A stretch of DNA of 56,575 nt from Candidatus Eiseniibacteriota bacterium. Lineage in GTDB: Bacteria; Eisenbacteria; RBG-16-71-46; DASYSL01. Below are positions 44,186 through 53,117 of the stretch, in pieces. The stretch is from contig JBKJJJ010000125.1 of the NCBI GenBank assembly GCA_046598045.1, forward strand, positions 1 through 56,575. Direction: 5' to 3'. The position numbers and the translations under genes are program-made. The notes under the pieces were generated by a model. The model was not told where the DNA came from and made no database searches. It saw nothing but the letters and a program-made list of their open reading frames with translations. How positions within the stretch are numbered: position 1 is the first letter of the stretch; each line of letters starts with the position of its first letter.

Positions 44186-44956
44186 GTGAGCCCCTACGCG
44201 ATCGGCCCGCGCCTGGTGGCGGGCAACTGGAAGCTCTACAAGGGCAACGACGACGCCGCGAAGCTCGCGCGCGACCTCGTCGCCGGCCTCCTGCCCGCGC
44301 CCGGATGCGACGTCGTGCTCTGCCCGCCGTTCACCGCCTTGTCCGAGGTGCGCTACGCGCTTCTCGGCACGCCGATCGGTCTCGGCGGACAGGACCTGTT
44401 CTGGGAGGACGAGGGCGCGTACACGGGAGAGGTCTCCGGGCCGATGCTGGTGTCGGCGGGATGCTCGCACGTGATCGTGGGCCACTCCGAGCGGCGGCAG
44501 TACTTCGGCGAGACCGACGCCATCGTGGCGCAGAAGACCCGTGCCGCCCTGCGCGCCGGCCTCGTCCCGATCGTGTGCGTGGGCGAGACGCTCGACGAGC
44601 GCGAGGGGGGGCGCACCGCCGAGGTGGTGACCCGCCAGTTCGACCGCGGCCCAGGGACGGTCGAGGGCGAGGGCGCGGCGCGCATCGTGCTGGCCTACGA
44701 GCCGGTGTGGGCGATCGGCACCGGGCGGACCGCCTCGCCCGCCCAGGCGGCCGAGGTGCACGGCGTCCTGCGCGCCCGTGCCCGCGCGGCCTGGGGAACC
44801 GGCGCGGACCGGCTGCGCATCCTGTACGGCGGCTCGGTCAAGCCCGACAATGCCGCCGCCCTGTTCGCCGAGCCCGAGCTCGACGGGGCGCTGGTGGGGG
44901 GGGCATCGCTGACCACGGCGCAATTTCTGCCCATCGTCGGGGCCGCCGCCCGCTGA
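44186..44956 (+). CDS. tpiA: Triosephosphate isomerase
   Basis: AGNWK, GHSERR, AYEPVWAIGTG, YGGSV, LVGGASL. Confidence 0.98.
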   Translation: MSPYAIGPRLVAGNWKLYKGNDDAAKLARDLVAGLLPAPGCDVVLCPPFTALSEVRYALLGTPIGLGGQDLFWEDEGAYTGEVSGPMLVSAGCSHVIVGHSERRQYFGETDAIVAQKTRAALRAGLVPIVCVGETLDEREGGRTAEVVTRQFDRGPGTVEGEGAARIVLAYEPVWAIGTGRTASPAQAAEVHGVLRARARAAWGTGADRLRILYGGSVKPDNAAALFAEPELDGALVGGASLTTAQFLPIVGAAAR

Positions 44957-44995
44957 GGCGGTCTCCGCGCGCGTAAATCGCGCCACCATCGGGGA

Positions 44996-45025
44996 TTGAC
45001 GCCCGGGCCCGGGGACGGGTATCGT
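44996..45025 (+). promoter_or_regulatory. Putative sigma-70 promoter for secG-tRNA
   Basis: TTGACG-N18-TATCGT. Confidence 0.55.
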
Positions 45026-45080
45026 GCGCGGGTGCGGGGCTCCCGTCGGGGGCCCTTTCTCTTGGACGGACGAGGGACTC

Positions 45081-45518
45081 ATGGTCGGCTTCCTGCTGGT
45101 GGTCCATTACATCACTTGCTTCGCAATGGTGCTGGTCATCCTGCTGCAGTCGGGCAAGGGCGGCGGCCTTGCCGGTGCGTTCGGCGGCGGCGGCTCGACG
45201 ATTTTCGGGGGACGCGGGGCCGGGACGATCCTGACCCGCGCGACCATGATCTTCGGGGCGCTGTTCTTCGTCACCTCGCTCACCCTCGCGCTGATGTCGA
45301 CGCAGGGCGGCGGGGCGGCCACGGGCAAGAGCCTGATCCAGCAGGAGGCGAAGAAGGCCGCGGGTACGCAGCCGACGTCGGGTGCTCCCACGAGCGGTGC
45401 GCAGACTCCGGCGCCGGGTGCGCCGCTTCCCGCCGGAGGGACGAAGGCGCCCGCGCCGACGACGACTTCCACGCCGGCCACACCGGCTCCGGCGACCAAG
45501 GCTCCAGGCGGCAAGTAA
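45081..45518 (+). CDS. secG: Preprotein translocase subunit SecG
   Basis: ILLQSGKGGGLAGAFGGG, two TM helices; tpiA-secG-tRNA-Leu synteny. Confidence 0.95.
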   Translation: MVGFLLVVHYITCFAMVLVILLQSGKGGGLAGAFGGGGSTIFGGRGAGTILTRATMIFGALFFVTSLTLALMSTQGGGAATGKSLIQQEAKKAAGTQPTSGAPTSGAQTPAPGAPLPAGGTKAPAPTTTSTPATPAPATKAPGGK

Positions 45519-45585
45519 GTCGCACCAGACTCAAAGCGCTCCGGTCGATCCCCTCAGGATCGCGGCTCGAGCGCGTCGTCGATGT

Positions 45586-45670
<85 letters not shown>

Positions 45671-45681
45671 ATGAACACCGT

Positions 45682-45724
45682 CCCCGCCCGCGGGCGCCTC
45701 ACGCGCTCGTGCCGGCGGGGCGTT
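45682..45724 (+). terminator. GC-rich hairpin downstream of the tRNA
   Basis: CCCCGCC...GGCGGGG imperfect stem followed by CGTTT. Confidence 0.45.
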
Positions 45725-45743
45725 TGATTTCGGGGAGGCGCCT

Positions 45744-48038
45744 TTGAAGCCACCAGCCGCCACCCAGTCGCCCCGCAAGCGGCCCTCCGCGATCGGCGGC
45801 TTCGCGCCCAGGCACTGGGCCGGCCTCGCGCCCTACGGCCTCGGCCAGCAAAAGCCCGACCACTTCGGCGAGATGTGGAAGACCGCCTGGCAGAACCGGC
45901 GGGCGCTGCCCTATGCCTGGCGCATCCTCACGCGCGGCGTGTGCGACGGCTGCGCGCTCGGAACCAGCGGGCTGTCCGACTGGACGATGTCCGGCGTCCA
46001 CCTGTGCACGGTGCGGTTGAACCTGCTCCACCTCAACACCATGGGCGCGCTCGATCCCGCCCGCCTCGCCGATGCGGGCGCGCTCACCGGTCGGCCGAGC
46101 AAGGAACTGCGCGCGCTCGGCCGGCTCGCGCACCCGATGCTGAGGCGCCGCGGCGAGACGGGCTTCACCCGGGTGTCGTGGGACGAGGCGCTCGACCTCG
46201 CCGCCGCGAGGCTCGCTCCCGTGCTCGCGCAGGATCCCGATCGCTTCGCCTGCTACGTGACCTCGCGCGGCATCACGAACGAGGTCTACTACGCCCTGCA
46301 GAAGACCGTGCGCTTCCTGGGCACGAACAACGTCGACAATTCCGCGCGCCTCTGTCACGCGCCGTCGACGCGCGTACTCAAGAGCATGCTCGGCGCGACC
46401 GGCTCGACCTGCTCCTACGTCGACTGGATCGAGAGCGACCTGATCGTCCTCGTCGGCTCCGACGTCGCCAACAACCAGCCCGTGACGACCAAGTACCTCT
46501 ATTACGCGAAGCAGCGCGGAGCCCGCATCTTCTCGGTCAATCCGTTCGCCGAGCCCGGCCTCACGCGCTACTGGATCCCGTCCGTCGCGGAGAGCGCGCT
46601 GTTCGGCACGAAGCTCGTGGACACCCACTTCGCGCTCGACCACGGCGGCGACGGCGCGTTCTTCACCGGCGTACTCAAGGCGCTGATCGAGCAGGGTGGC
46701 GTGGACCGGGCCTGGGTGGACGCCCACACCGAGCACTGGGACGAGGCGGAGACGCTCGCGCGCGGCGCCTCGTGGGAAGCGCTCGAGGCGCTCTCCGGCG
46801 CGGCGCGCGCGTCCATGGAGCAGCTGGCCCGCACGTACGCGGCGGCGGAGCGGGTCGTGTTCGTCTGGAGCATGGGCGTGACCCAGCACGTGACCGGGTC
46901 TTCGAACGTGCGCGCGCTGGTGAACCTCGCGCTCGCGCGCGGCATGGTGGGCAAGGACGGCGCCGGGCTGATGCCGATCCGCGGGCACTCCGGCGTCCAG
47001 GGCGGGTCCGAGGTCGGCTGCGTCCCCAACGGCCTGCCGGGAGCGCGGCCGCTGGATGCCGCCAGTCGCGCGCTCATGCAGGACCTGTGGGGCTTCGCCC
47101 CGCCGGCCGAGGCCGGGCTCGATGCGCGCGCCATGATCGATGCCGCGCACGCCGGGGAGGTGGACGCGTTCTACATCGTGGGCGGCAACTTCCTGGAGAC
47201 GCTGCCCGACCCCGGGTACGTCGAGGCCGCGCTCGCGCGGGTGCCGCTCCGCATCCACCAGGACATCGTCCTGACCAACCAGATGCTGGTCGAGCCGGCC
47301 GACGTCGTGCTCCTCCTGCCGGCGCGCACGCGCTACGAGCAGGAGGGTGGCGGCACCGAGACCACGACCGAGCGCCGCATCGTGTTTTCACCGGAGATCC
47401 CGGGGCCGCGCCCCGGTGAGGCGCGCAACGAGTGGGAGCCACTCGCCGAGATCGCGCGCCGCGCGCGACCGGCCGCTTCACACCTCCTGCCGCGCCAGGA
47501 CTCGGCCGCGCTGCGCGCCGAGATCGCCCGCGCGGTGCCGTTCTACGCCGGCATCGAGCGCCTGTCCGCGCAGGGCGACCAGCTCCAGTACGGCGGGCGT
47601 CACCTGGCGGCGGGTGGGAACTTCGACCGACCGGGCGGGCGCGCGCGCTTCGAGGCGGTCGACCTCTCGCCGCGCGCGCGCACTCCCGGGACGCTGTCGT
47701 TGACCACGCGCCGCGGCAAGCAGTTCAACTCGATGGTCCACGAGGCGAAGGACCCGCTCACGGGCGCCCGCCGGCGCGACATCCTCGTGGCCGGCGAGGA
47801 TCTCGCCGCGCGCGGGATCGCCGACGGCGAGCCGATCGTGCTCCAATCCCTCACCGGGCGATTCGAGGGCCGCGCGCGGGTCGCGCCGATCGCGCCCGGC
47901 AACGTGCAGGGGTTCTGGCCCGAGGTCAACGTCCTGTTGCCGCGCGATCGCCACGATGCCGAGTCGGGGGTGCCCGACTACGGCACGGCGGTCACACTCG
48001 AACGCGCGCCCACGGTGCGCCCCGCGGAGGAAATATGA
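45744..48038 (+). CDS. FdhF/YdeP-family molybdopterin oxidoreductase
   Basis: VCDGCALG..HLC, SRGITNE, GTNNVDNSARLCH, IRGHSGVQG, TRRGKQFNS. Confidence 0.92.
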   Translation: MKPPAATQSPRKRPSAIGGFAPRHWAGLAPYGLGQQKPDHFGEMWKTAWQNRRALPYAWRILTRGVCDGCALGTSGLSDWTMSGVHLCTVRLNLLHLNTMGALDPARLADAGALTGRPSKELRALGRLAHPMLRRRGETGFTRVSWDEALDLAAARLAPVLAQDPDRFACYVTSRGITNEVYYALQKTVRFLGTNNVDNSARLCHAPSTRVLKSMLGATGSTCSYVDWIESDLIVLVGSDVANNQPVTTKYLYYAKQRGARIFSVNPFAEPGLTRYWIPSVAESALFGTKLVDTHFALDHGGDGAFFTGVLKALIEQGGVDRAWVDAHTEHWDEAETLARGASWEALEALSGAARASMEQLARTYAAAERVVFVWSMGVTQHVTGSSNVRALVNLALARGMVGKDGAGLMPIRGHSGVQGGSEVGCVPNGLPGARPLDAASRALMQDLWGFAPPAEAGLDARAMIDAAHAGEVDAFYIVGGNFLETLPDPGYVEAALARVPLRIHQDIVLTNQMLVEPADVVLLLPARTRYEQEGGGTETTTERRIVFSPEIPGPRPGEARNEWEPLAEIARRARPAASHLLPRQDSAALRAEIARAVPFYAGIERLSAQGDQLQYGGRHLAAGGNFDRPGGRARFEAVDLSPRARTPGTLSLTTRRGKQFNSMVHEAKDPLTGARRRDILVAGEDLAARGIADGEPIVLQSLTGRFEGRARVAPIAPGNVQGFWPEVNVLLPRDRHDAESGVPDYGTAVTLERAPTVRPAEEI

Positions 48039-48385
48039 GCGACTGCCTGTTCTGCCGCATCGCCACGGGCGCGAGGCCCACGCCACTCATTTGGTCGGAC
48101 GACGAGTTCGTGGCGTTTCGCGACATCGATCCGCGCGCGCCGGTGCACGTGCTGGTCGTGCCGCGCCGCCACCTCGACTCCGTGGTCGCGCTGGCGGCGG
48201 AGGACGCCGCTTACGCCGGACGCTTCCTGCGCGCGGCGGTCGCGGTCGCCCGGCAGGAGGGTGTAGTCGACCCGGAGCAGGGATTTCGCGTGGTCATGAA
48301 CACCGGTCCCGAGGGCGGGCAGTCGGTGGCCCACCTCCATGCCCACCTTCTGGGGGGCCGGAAGCTGGCCTGGCCCCCGGGCTGA
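48035..48385 (+). CDS. Histidine triad nucleotide-binding protein
   Basis: DCLFCRI, FRDIDP, HLHAHLLGGR, WPPG. Confidence 0.95.
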   Translation: MSDCLFCRIATGARPTPLIWSDDEFVAFRDIDPRAPVHVLVVPRRHLDSVVALAAEDAAYAGRFLRAAVAVARQEGVVDPEQGFRVVMNTGPEGGQSVAHLHAHLLGGRKLAWPPG

Positions 48386-48486
48386 GCCGGCTTGCAGCAG
48401 GACCTGAAGCCGGACCTCTAAACAACTCCCCACCGGTCACTTAGAAATGCAGTCGCGCTGCCCCATGGCGGCGCCGATGATGAGGG

Positions 48487-49371
48487 GTGATGACGCCCCT
48501 CGACCCCACGATTCCGAGCGACGTGCCCGATGGCTCGGAGCTCGATGCCCACCTGCTCGCCCTGCGCGAGCGCCTTCGCCTGGCCCGCGAAGAACGCGGC
48601 GGCTGCCCGACGTGGGCCGAGCTGCGGGCGGATTACGTGCCGGGGGGCGGCCAGCGTCCCGGACGCGCGGAACGCCGGGCGCACGTGGCGCTCTGTCCCT
48701 ACTGCAGCACGCATGTTGCCGAGTGGAGGAAGAGCGAGGACTTCGCCTCGGACCGCCTCGAGGCGATCGAGAGGGGCGTGGTGAAGTCGCTGGTGAGCGG
48801 GGCAGCCGGCCTGTTCCGGACCATCGGGCGCGCGTTGCCCGCGCGCTCCAGCGACGGGTCCGAGCCACGCGTCCGGCGGGAGCGGTCGGCGCGCATCGAG
48901 CAGCGCGCGCTCTCGGCCCGCGAGGAGCGCGCGCTCGCCGAGGCGGGGACCGAAGCCCGGTCCCGCGCCCAGGGGTTGCCGTCGCCCGCCGTCGCTCCGC
49001 GGGTGCCCGGACTGGCACGCATGCTCGTGGTCGAGATGGCCGACGGCCGCACGCCGCCCGAGTCGATCTTCCTGTGCGCGCGGGTGCTCGAAGCGGAGGT
49101 CGCCCAGGTGGACTCCATCGACGAACTGGTGGGGGACCCGGACCTCGGGCTCGTGTGCGGGGTCGTGCTCGGCGGCGCCCGGCCCGCGGCCTCGTGGCCC
49201 GACGCGGTGCGGCACGCGCGCGCGCTCGTCAAGGGGCGCCCGGTGGTCCTTTTGGCGAGCTCCGGCGCCGAGGCCACGCCGGGCGCGCGGCGCGCACTCG
49301 GGGACGCGCTCCTCGAGGAGGCCGACCCGGCCGAGCGCATCCTGCTCGCGCTCGATTCCAGCCTGCGCTGA
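48487..49371 (+). CDS. Hypothetical protein with zf-HC2-like motif and receiver-like C-terminus
   Basis: C-x(25)-HVALCPYC; GC3-rich codons in this frame; no TM helix. Confidence 0.65.
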   Translation: MMTPLDPTIPSDVPDGSELDAHLLALRERLRLAREERGGCPTWAELRADYVPGGGQRPGRAERRAHVALCPYCSTHVAEWRKSEDFASDRLEAIERGVVKSLVSGAAGLFRTIGRALPARSSDGSEPRVRRERSARIEQRALSAREERALAEAGTEARSRAQGLPSPAVAPRVPGLARMLVVEMADGRTPPESIFLCARVLEAEVAQVDSIDELVGDPDLGLVCGVVLGGARPAASWPDAVRHARALVKGRPVVLLASSGAEATPGARRALGDALLEEADPAERILLALDSSLR

Positions 49372-49380
49372 CCTGGCGGC

Positions 49381-51027
49381 CTAGAACAACGCGAGCTTGA
49401 TCCTCTGCGGCGGCGCGCTCCCGGCGCGCACGCGTGCGAAGTAGATGCCCGGCCGCGTCGCCGACGCGGAGCCGAGCGACCACACCAGCGTGCGCTCACC
49501 CTCGCCCACACGGCCGCTCCACACGCGCCGCCCCCGCACGTCGAACACGTCCACGGCCATTTCCACCGGAGCACGCACGCGCGCGAACTCGACCCGCCGG
49601 GCGATCGGAAACCAGGTCGGGTGAATCGGCGCGATCGGCGGGTTCTCGATCTCCGGCGAAGGAAGGTCGAACGTCACCTCGCTCACGCCGATCTTGATGG
49701 TGTCGGGCGGCGCGGTTTCGCCCGCGCCCTGCGCGCTCACCGTGAGGAGACAGGGCCGGACGTCATTGAGGGACTGCGGGACCACGAGCGGCCGGGTCGT
49801 CGAGTCCCCGTCGAGCGTCAGGCTGTCGGGGAGGCCCCACGCGAGGGCGTCGAGCGTGTCGGCGGCGTCGCCCCGGATGCGCACGTATTTCAAGCCGACG
49901 CGGCGGCCCGCCCCGGACGTCGAGGTGACGCGCACGAGCGCGGTGTCGCCCGGCAGCGCCTGCGCGGGGACGAACTCCGCGGACAGGATCTGTCCCGGGT
50001 CGGGAGGCGTGAGCTGGAACCGTTCGGCGGAGACCCAGGTCTGGTCCCAGAAGTCGATCCACGTGTCGTGCACGTTTGCGAAGTACGAGCGCGGGCCGTC
50101 GATCAGCGTCTCCGCCGCCCACCATCCGATCGTCGTGTGCCCCAGCATGGAGCGCAGGCGCCGGCTGTTACTCCAGCCCGTGACGGGATCGTTCGAGGTC
50201 CCGTAGGTCAGGGACTGATCCGAGTTCGTGGTCCACATGAAGAGCAGCGGCGAGCCGTCGCGCGTCAGGATCAGGGGCGACTCGGCGACGTCGGAGAACG
50301 AGATGTTCGGGAGCGTGAGCGGGACGTAACCGCGGTCCGACCAGTGCTCGAGGTCGCTCGAGCCGGCGATGCCCACGGCCATCGAGTTCGGGGCAAACGC
50401 CGGTCGCGTGGAGACGTACATCAGCCACTCGCCGTGCAGCGCGTCCCAGTAGACGAACGGGTCCCGGCAGTCCTGGCCGAGCGTCACCGTCGAGTCGTGA
50501 TGAGCCCACGGGAAGATCGAGTTGTCGAACAGCGGCGTCGCGCGGCGGTTCCACCGGAACAGGTCGGTGGACGTGGCCTCGGTCATCGATTGTGCCTCGT
50601 GGTAGCCGAGCGCGGGCTCGTCGCGCATGCCGGGGTAGAACAGGTGCCAGACCCCGTTCACCCTGACCAGGTGCGGGGCCCAGATTTGGGTGGCCTCGAA
50701 CGTGCCCGGCACGACCGGCAGGATGGTGTCCTGCTCGGACCATGTGTACAGGTTGCGCGACCTCGCGTGGCCGAGCGAACGTTCGGTCGGCGCGCCGGGG
50801 ATCAGGTTTTCCCTGATATAGAAGATGTGGAACCAGCCGTCTGCGCGCACGACCGTGAATTCCTTCGTGCGATAGCCCGTCGGCGCGTGATAGCGCGCGG
50901 GGGAGAACGGCGCCTGTGCCCCGGCGCGAGGGGCCGCTGCGGCGAGCGCGAACAGTACAAGGGCACCCGCGACGAGGGCGCGGGCGATCGCGGGGCGCGG
51001 GGGGCGCAGGCTGCAGGTAAGGCACAT
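49381..51027 (-). CDS. Secreted GH32/GH43-like beta-propeller glycoside hydrolase with T9SS-like C-terminal domain
   Basis: Signal peptide AGA|Q; IWAPH, CRDPFV, AESP; C-terminal VFDVRGRRV...PGIYFARV...KLALF. Confidence 0.75.
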   Translation of the reverse strand: MCLTCSLRPPRPAIARALVAGALVLFALAAAAPRAGAQAPFSPARYHAPTGYRTKEFTVVRADGWFHIFYIRENLIPGAPTERSLGHARSRNLYTWSEQDTILPVVPGTFEATQIWAPHLVRVNGVWHLFYPGMRDEPALGYHEAQSMTEATSTDLFRWNRRATPLFDNSIFPWAHHDSTVTLGQDCRDPFVYWDALHGEWLMYVSTRPAFAPNSMAVGIAGSSDLEHWSDRGYVPLTLPNISFSDVAESPLILTRDGSPLLFMWTTNSDQSLTYGTSNDPVTGWSNSRRLRSMLGHTTIGWWAAETLIDGPRSYFANVHDTWIDFWDQTWVSAERFQLTPPDPGQILSAEFVPAQALPGDTALVRVTSTSGAGRRVGLKYVRIRGDAADTLDALAWGLPDSLTLDGDSTTRPLVVPQSLNDVRPCLLTVSAQGAGETAPPDTIKIGVSEVTFDLPSPEIENPPIAPIHPTWFPIARRVEFARVRAPVEMAVDVFDVRGRRVWSGRVGEGERTLVWSLGSASATRPGIYFARVRAGSAPPQRIKLALF

Positions 51028-51063
51028 GGGTGGATCCCTCCCGGGGTGCGATCCGTCTGAACG

Positions 51064-51092
51064 AGAATGAACCCGTCGCGCCCCTCGGTCAA
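51064..51092 (-). promoter_or_regulatory. Putative sigma-70 promoter (minus strand) for the GH gene
   Basis: Reverse strand TTGACC-N17-CATTCT. Confidence 0.45.
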
Positions 51093-51107
51093 CCCCGCGC
51101 CGGAGGC

Positions 51108-51136
51108 TTGCCCGATCGCCGCTCGGGCCCTAGGCT
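51108..51136 (+). promoter_or_regulatory. Putative sigma-70 promoter for the ferritin-like gene
   Basis: TTGCCC-N17-TAGGCT, back-to-back with the minus-strand promoter. Confidence 0.45.
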
Positions 51137-51185
51137 ACAGGGGAAGGCTCGAAGGAACGACCGATCACCCCCGCCTGGAGGAACC

Positions 51186-51803
51186 ATGCCGAGTGACTTT
51201 CTGAGCGACATCACGACCCTTCGCCGCCGCGCCCGCCAGCACATCGACAAGGGGCCGGTCACTCCCGGGTACCGCGGCCAGCTGAAAACCATCCTCCGGC
51301 TGCTCAACGAAGCGCTGGCAACGGAGATCGTGTGCGTGCTGCGCTACAAGCGGCACTTCTATATGGCGAGCGGCATCCACGCGCAGTCGGTGGCGGCGGA
51401 ATTCCTGGAGCATGCGAACGAGGAGCAGGCGCACGCCGACCTGATCGCGGCCCGGATCACGCAGCTCGGCGGCGAACCGAACTTTTCGCCCCAGGGCCTG
51501 GCGGACCGCTCGCATTCCGAGTATGCGCCGGGCAAGGACTTGCTCGACATGATCGAGGAGGACCTCGTCGCCGAGCGCGTCGCGATCGATTCCTACAGCG
51601 AGATGATCCGCTTCGTCGGGGACACCGATTCGACCACGCGTCGCATGCTGGAAAGCATCCTCGCGATGGAGGAGGAGCACGCCGACGACCTCGCGAATTT
51701 GCTCGCCACGATCGGCACGAAGGAGAAGTCCGCGCCCGCCAAGCCACGAGCGACCAGGTCCGCGAAGCCACGAGCGACCAAGTCCCCGAAGCGGCGGCGC
51801 TGA
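51186..51803 (+). CDS. Bacterioferritin/Dps-like ferritin-family protein with basic C-terminal tail
   Basis: LNEALATE, EEQAHAD, EDLVAE, EEEHADD diiron ligands; SD GGAGG. Confidence 0.9.
   Translation: MPSDFLSDITTLRRRARQHIDKGPVTPGYRGQLKTILRLLNEALATEIVCVLRYKRHFYMASGIHAQSVAAEFLEHANEEQAHADLIAARITQLGGEPNFSPQGLADRSHSEYAPGKDLLDMIEEDLVAERVAIDSYSEMIRFVGDTDSTTRRMLESILAMEEEHADDLANLLATIGTKEKSAPAKPRATRSAKPRATKSPKRRR
51741..51780 (+). repeat. Direct repeat AAGCCACGAGCGACCA x2 (24-nt period)
   Basis: Copies at 51741-51756 and 51765-51780 encode KPRAT twice. Confidence 0.9.
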
Positions 51804-51944
51804 TCGGGAGTGCTTTCACGCCGCAGCGGGTTGGCGGGCGCGCGATCCCTGTGCTAGGGTTCGACACCGAGCCCGCCAGAGTGTCTTTGGAAAGACCGGG
51901 GACGGCAGCGCGCGCGTCCTGTTCACCGCACATGGAGGGTCTGC

Positions 51945-52697
51945 ATGCTCCCAGCTCTCTGGGCGCCCCTGCAGGCCGGCGCCCGGGCCAGCGTGCCCGC
52001 GCTGGTCCTGCAATCCGGCACGTTCAACAAGCTCTTGCTGCTGTTGCTCGCGGTCCTCTCCGTCGCCACCTGGGCGGTGATCGTGGAGCGCTTCCGGCTG
52101 CTCGGCCGCGTCCGCCAGGCGGACCGCTCGTTCCACGCCGCGTTCCTCGCGGCCGGCGCGCTCGCCGAGGTGCGCCTGCTCGCGTCGCAGCACCCCGGCT
52201 CGCTGCAGGCGCGCCTCGCGCTCGTCGGGCTCGGCGCATTGCTGCCGCGTGGCGAGGCATCCGACCTCTCCCCGGAGTCCGTCGAGCTGGCCGGACGCGC
52301 GATGGAGCGCGCGCGCGGCGACGAGCTCGACCGGCTGGAGCGCCACGTCGGGTTCCTCGCGACGGTGGGTTCGGTCAGCCCGTTCATCGGGCTGATGGGG
52401 ACGGTGTGGGGCGTCATGAGCTCCTTCCTCAACATCGGCGTCCAGGGCTCGGCGAGCCTGATCGTGGTCGCGCCCGGCATCGCCGAGGCGTTGATCGCCA
52501 CGGTCGCGGGCCTCGCCGCCGCGATTCCGGCGGTGGTCGGCTTCAACCAGCTCACGGTGCGCCTGCGCACGGCGGGCAACGACGCCGAGAATTTCGTCTC
52601 CGAGTTCGCTGACCGCGCGTTGCGCGAAGGCCGCCGCGATCGCCGCCCGCTCCCCGGGCCGACGGCCGCCTCCGCGCTCGAGGGCGCCGCACGATGA
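51945..52697 (+). CDS. tolQ: TolQ/ExbB proton channel
   Basis: SPFIGLMGTVWG, VAPGIAEALIATVAGL; tol-pal context. Confidence 0.9.
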   Translation: MLPALWAPLQAGARASVPALVLQSGTFNKLLLLLLAVLSVATWAVIVERFRLLGRVRQADRSFHAAFLAAGALAEVRLLASQHPGSLQARLALVGLGALLPRGEASDLSPESVELAGRAMERARGDELDRLERHVGFLATVGSVSPFIGLMGTVWGVMSSFLNIGVQGSASLIVVAPGIAEALIATVAGLAAAIPAVVGFNQLTVRLRTAGNDAENFVSEFADRALREGRRDRRPLPGPTAASALEGAAR

Positions 52698-53110
52698 GCT
52701 TCTCCTCCGGGCGCGAACCCCGACGGGGGCCGATCGCGGAGATCAATGTCACTCCGCTGGTCGACGTCGTGCTCGTGCTCCTGATCATCTTCATGGTGAC
52801 CGCGCCGTTCCTGCAGGGCGGGCTCGACATCCAGTTGCCGAAGGTCTCGGCGCAGGGACTCGACATGCGCGAGGGGCTCGCGCTCACGATCGATCCCGGG
52901 GGCCGAATCGTGCTCGACAAGACGCCGGTCAAGCTCGCCGACCTTGCGAAAGCGCTCGAGGCCCGCGGGGCCGCGTCGCGCCCCGTCTACCTGCGCGCGG
53001 ACCAGCGCGTGCCCTACGGCGTGGTGGCCGGGGTGATCGGACGCGTGCGCGCTGCGGGCGTGACCAACCTCGGGTTGGTCACCGAGCCCGACGAACGCCC
53101 GGGCCGCTAG
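52694..53110 (+). CDS. tolR: TolR/ExbD
   Basis: EINVTPLVDVVLVLLIIFMVTAP, LRAD..VPYG. Confidence 0.92.
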   Translation: MSFSSGREPRRGPIAEINVTPLVDVVLVLLIIFMVTAPFLQGGLDIQLPKVSAQGLDMREGLALTIDPGGRIVLDKTPVKLADLAKALEARGAASRPVYLRADQRVPYGVVAGVIGRVRAAGVTNLGLVTEPDERPGR

Positions 53111-53117
53111 GCGCCCC

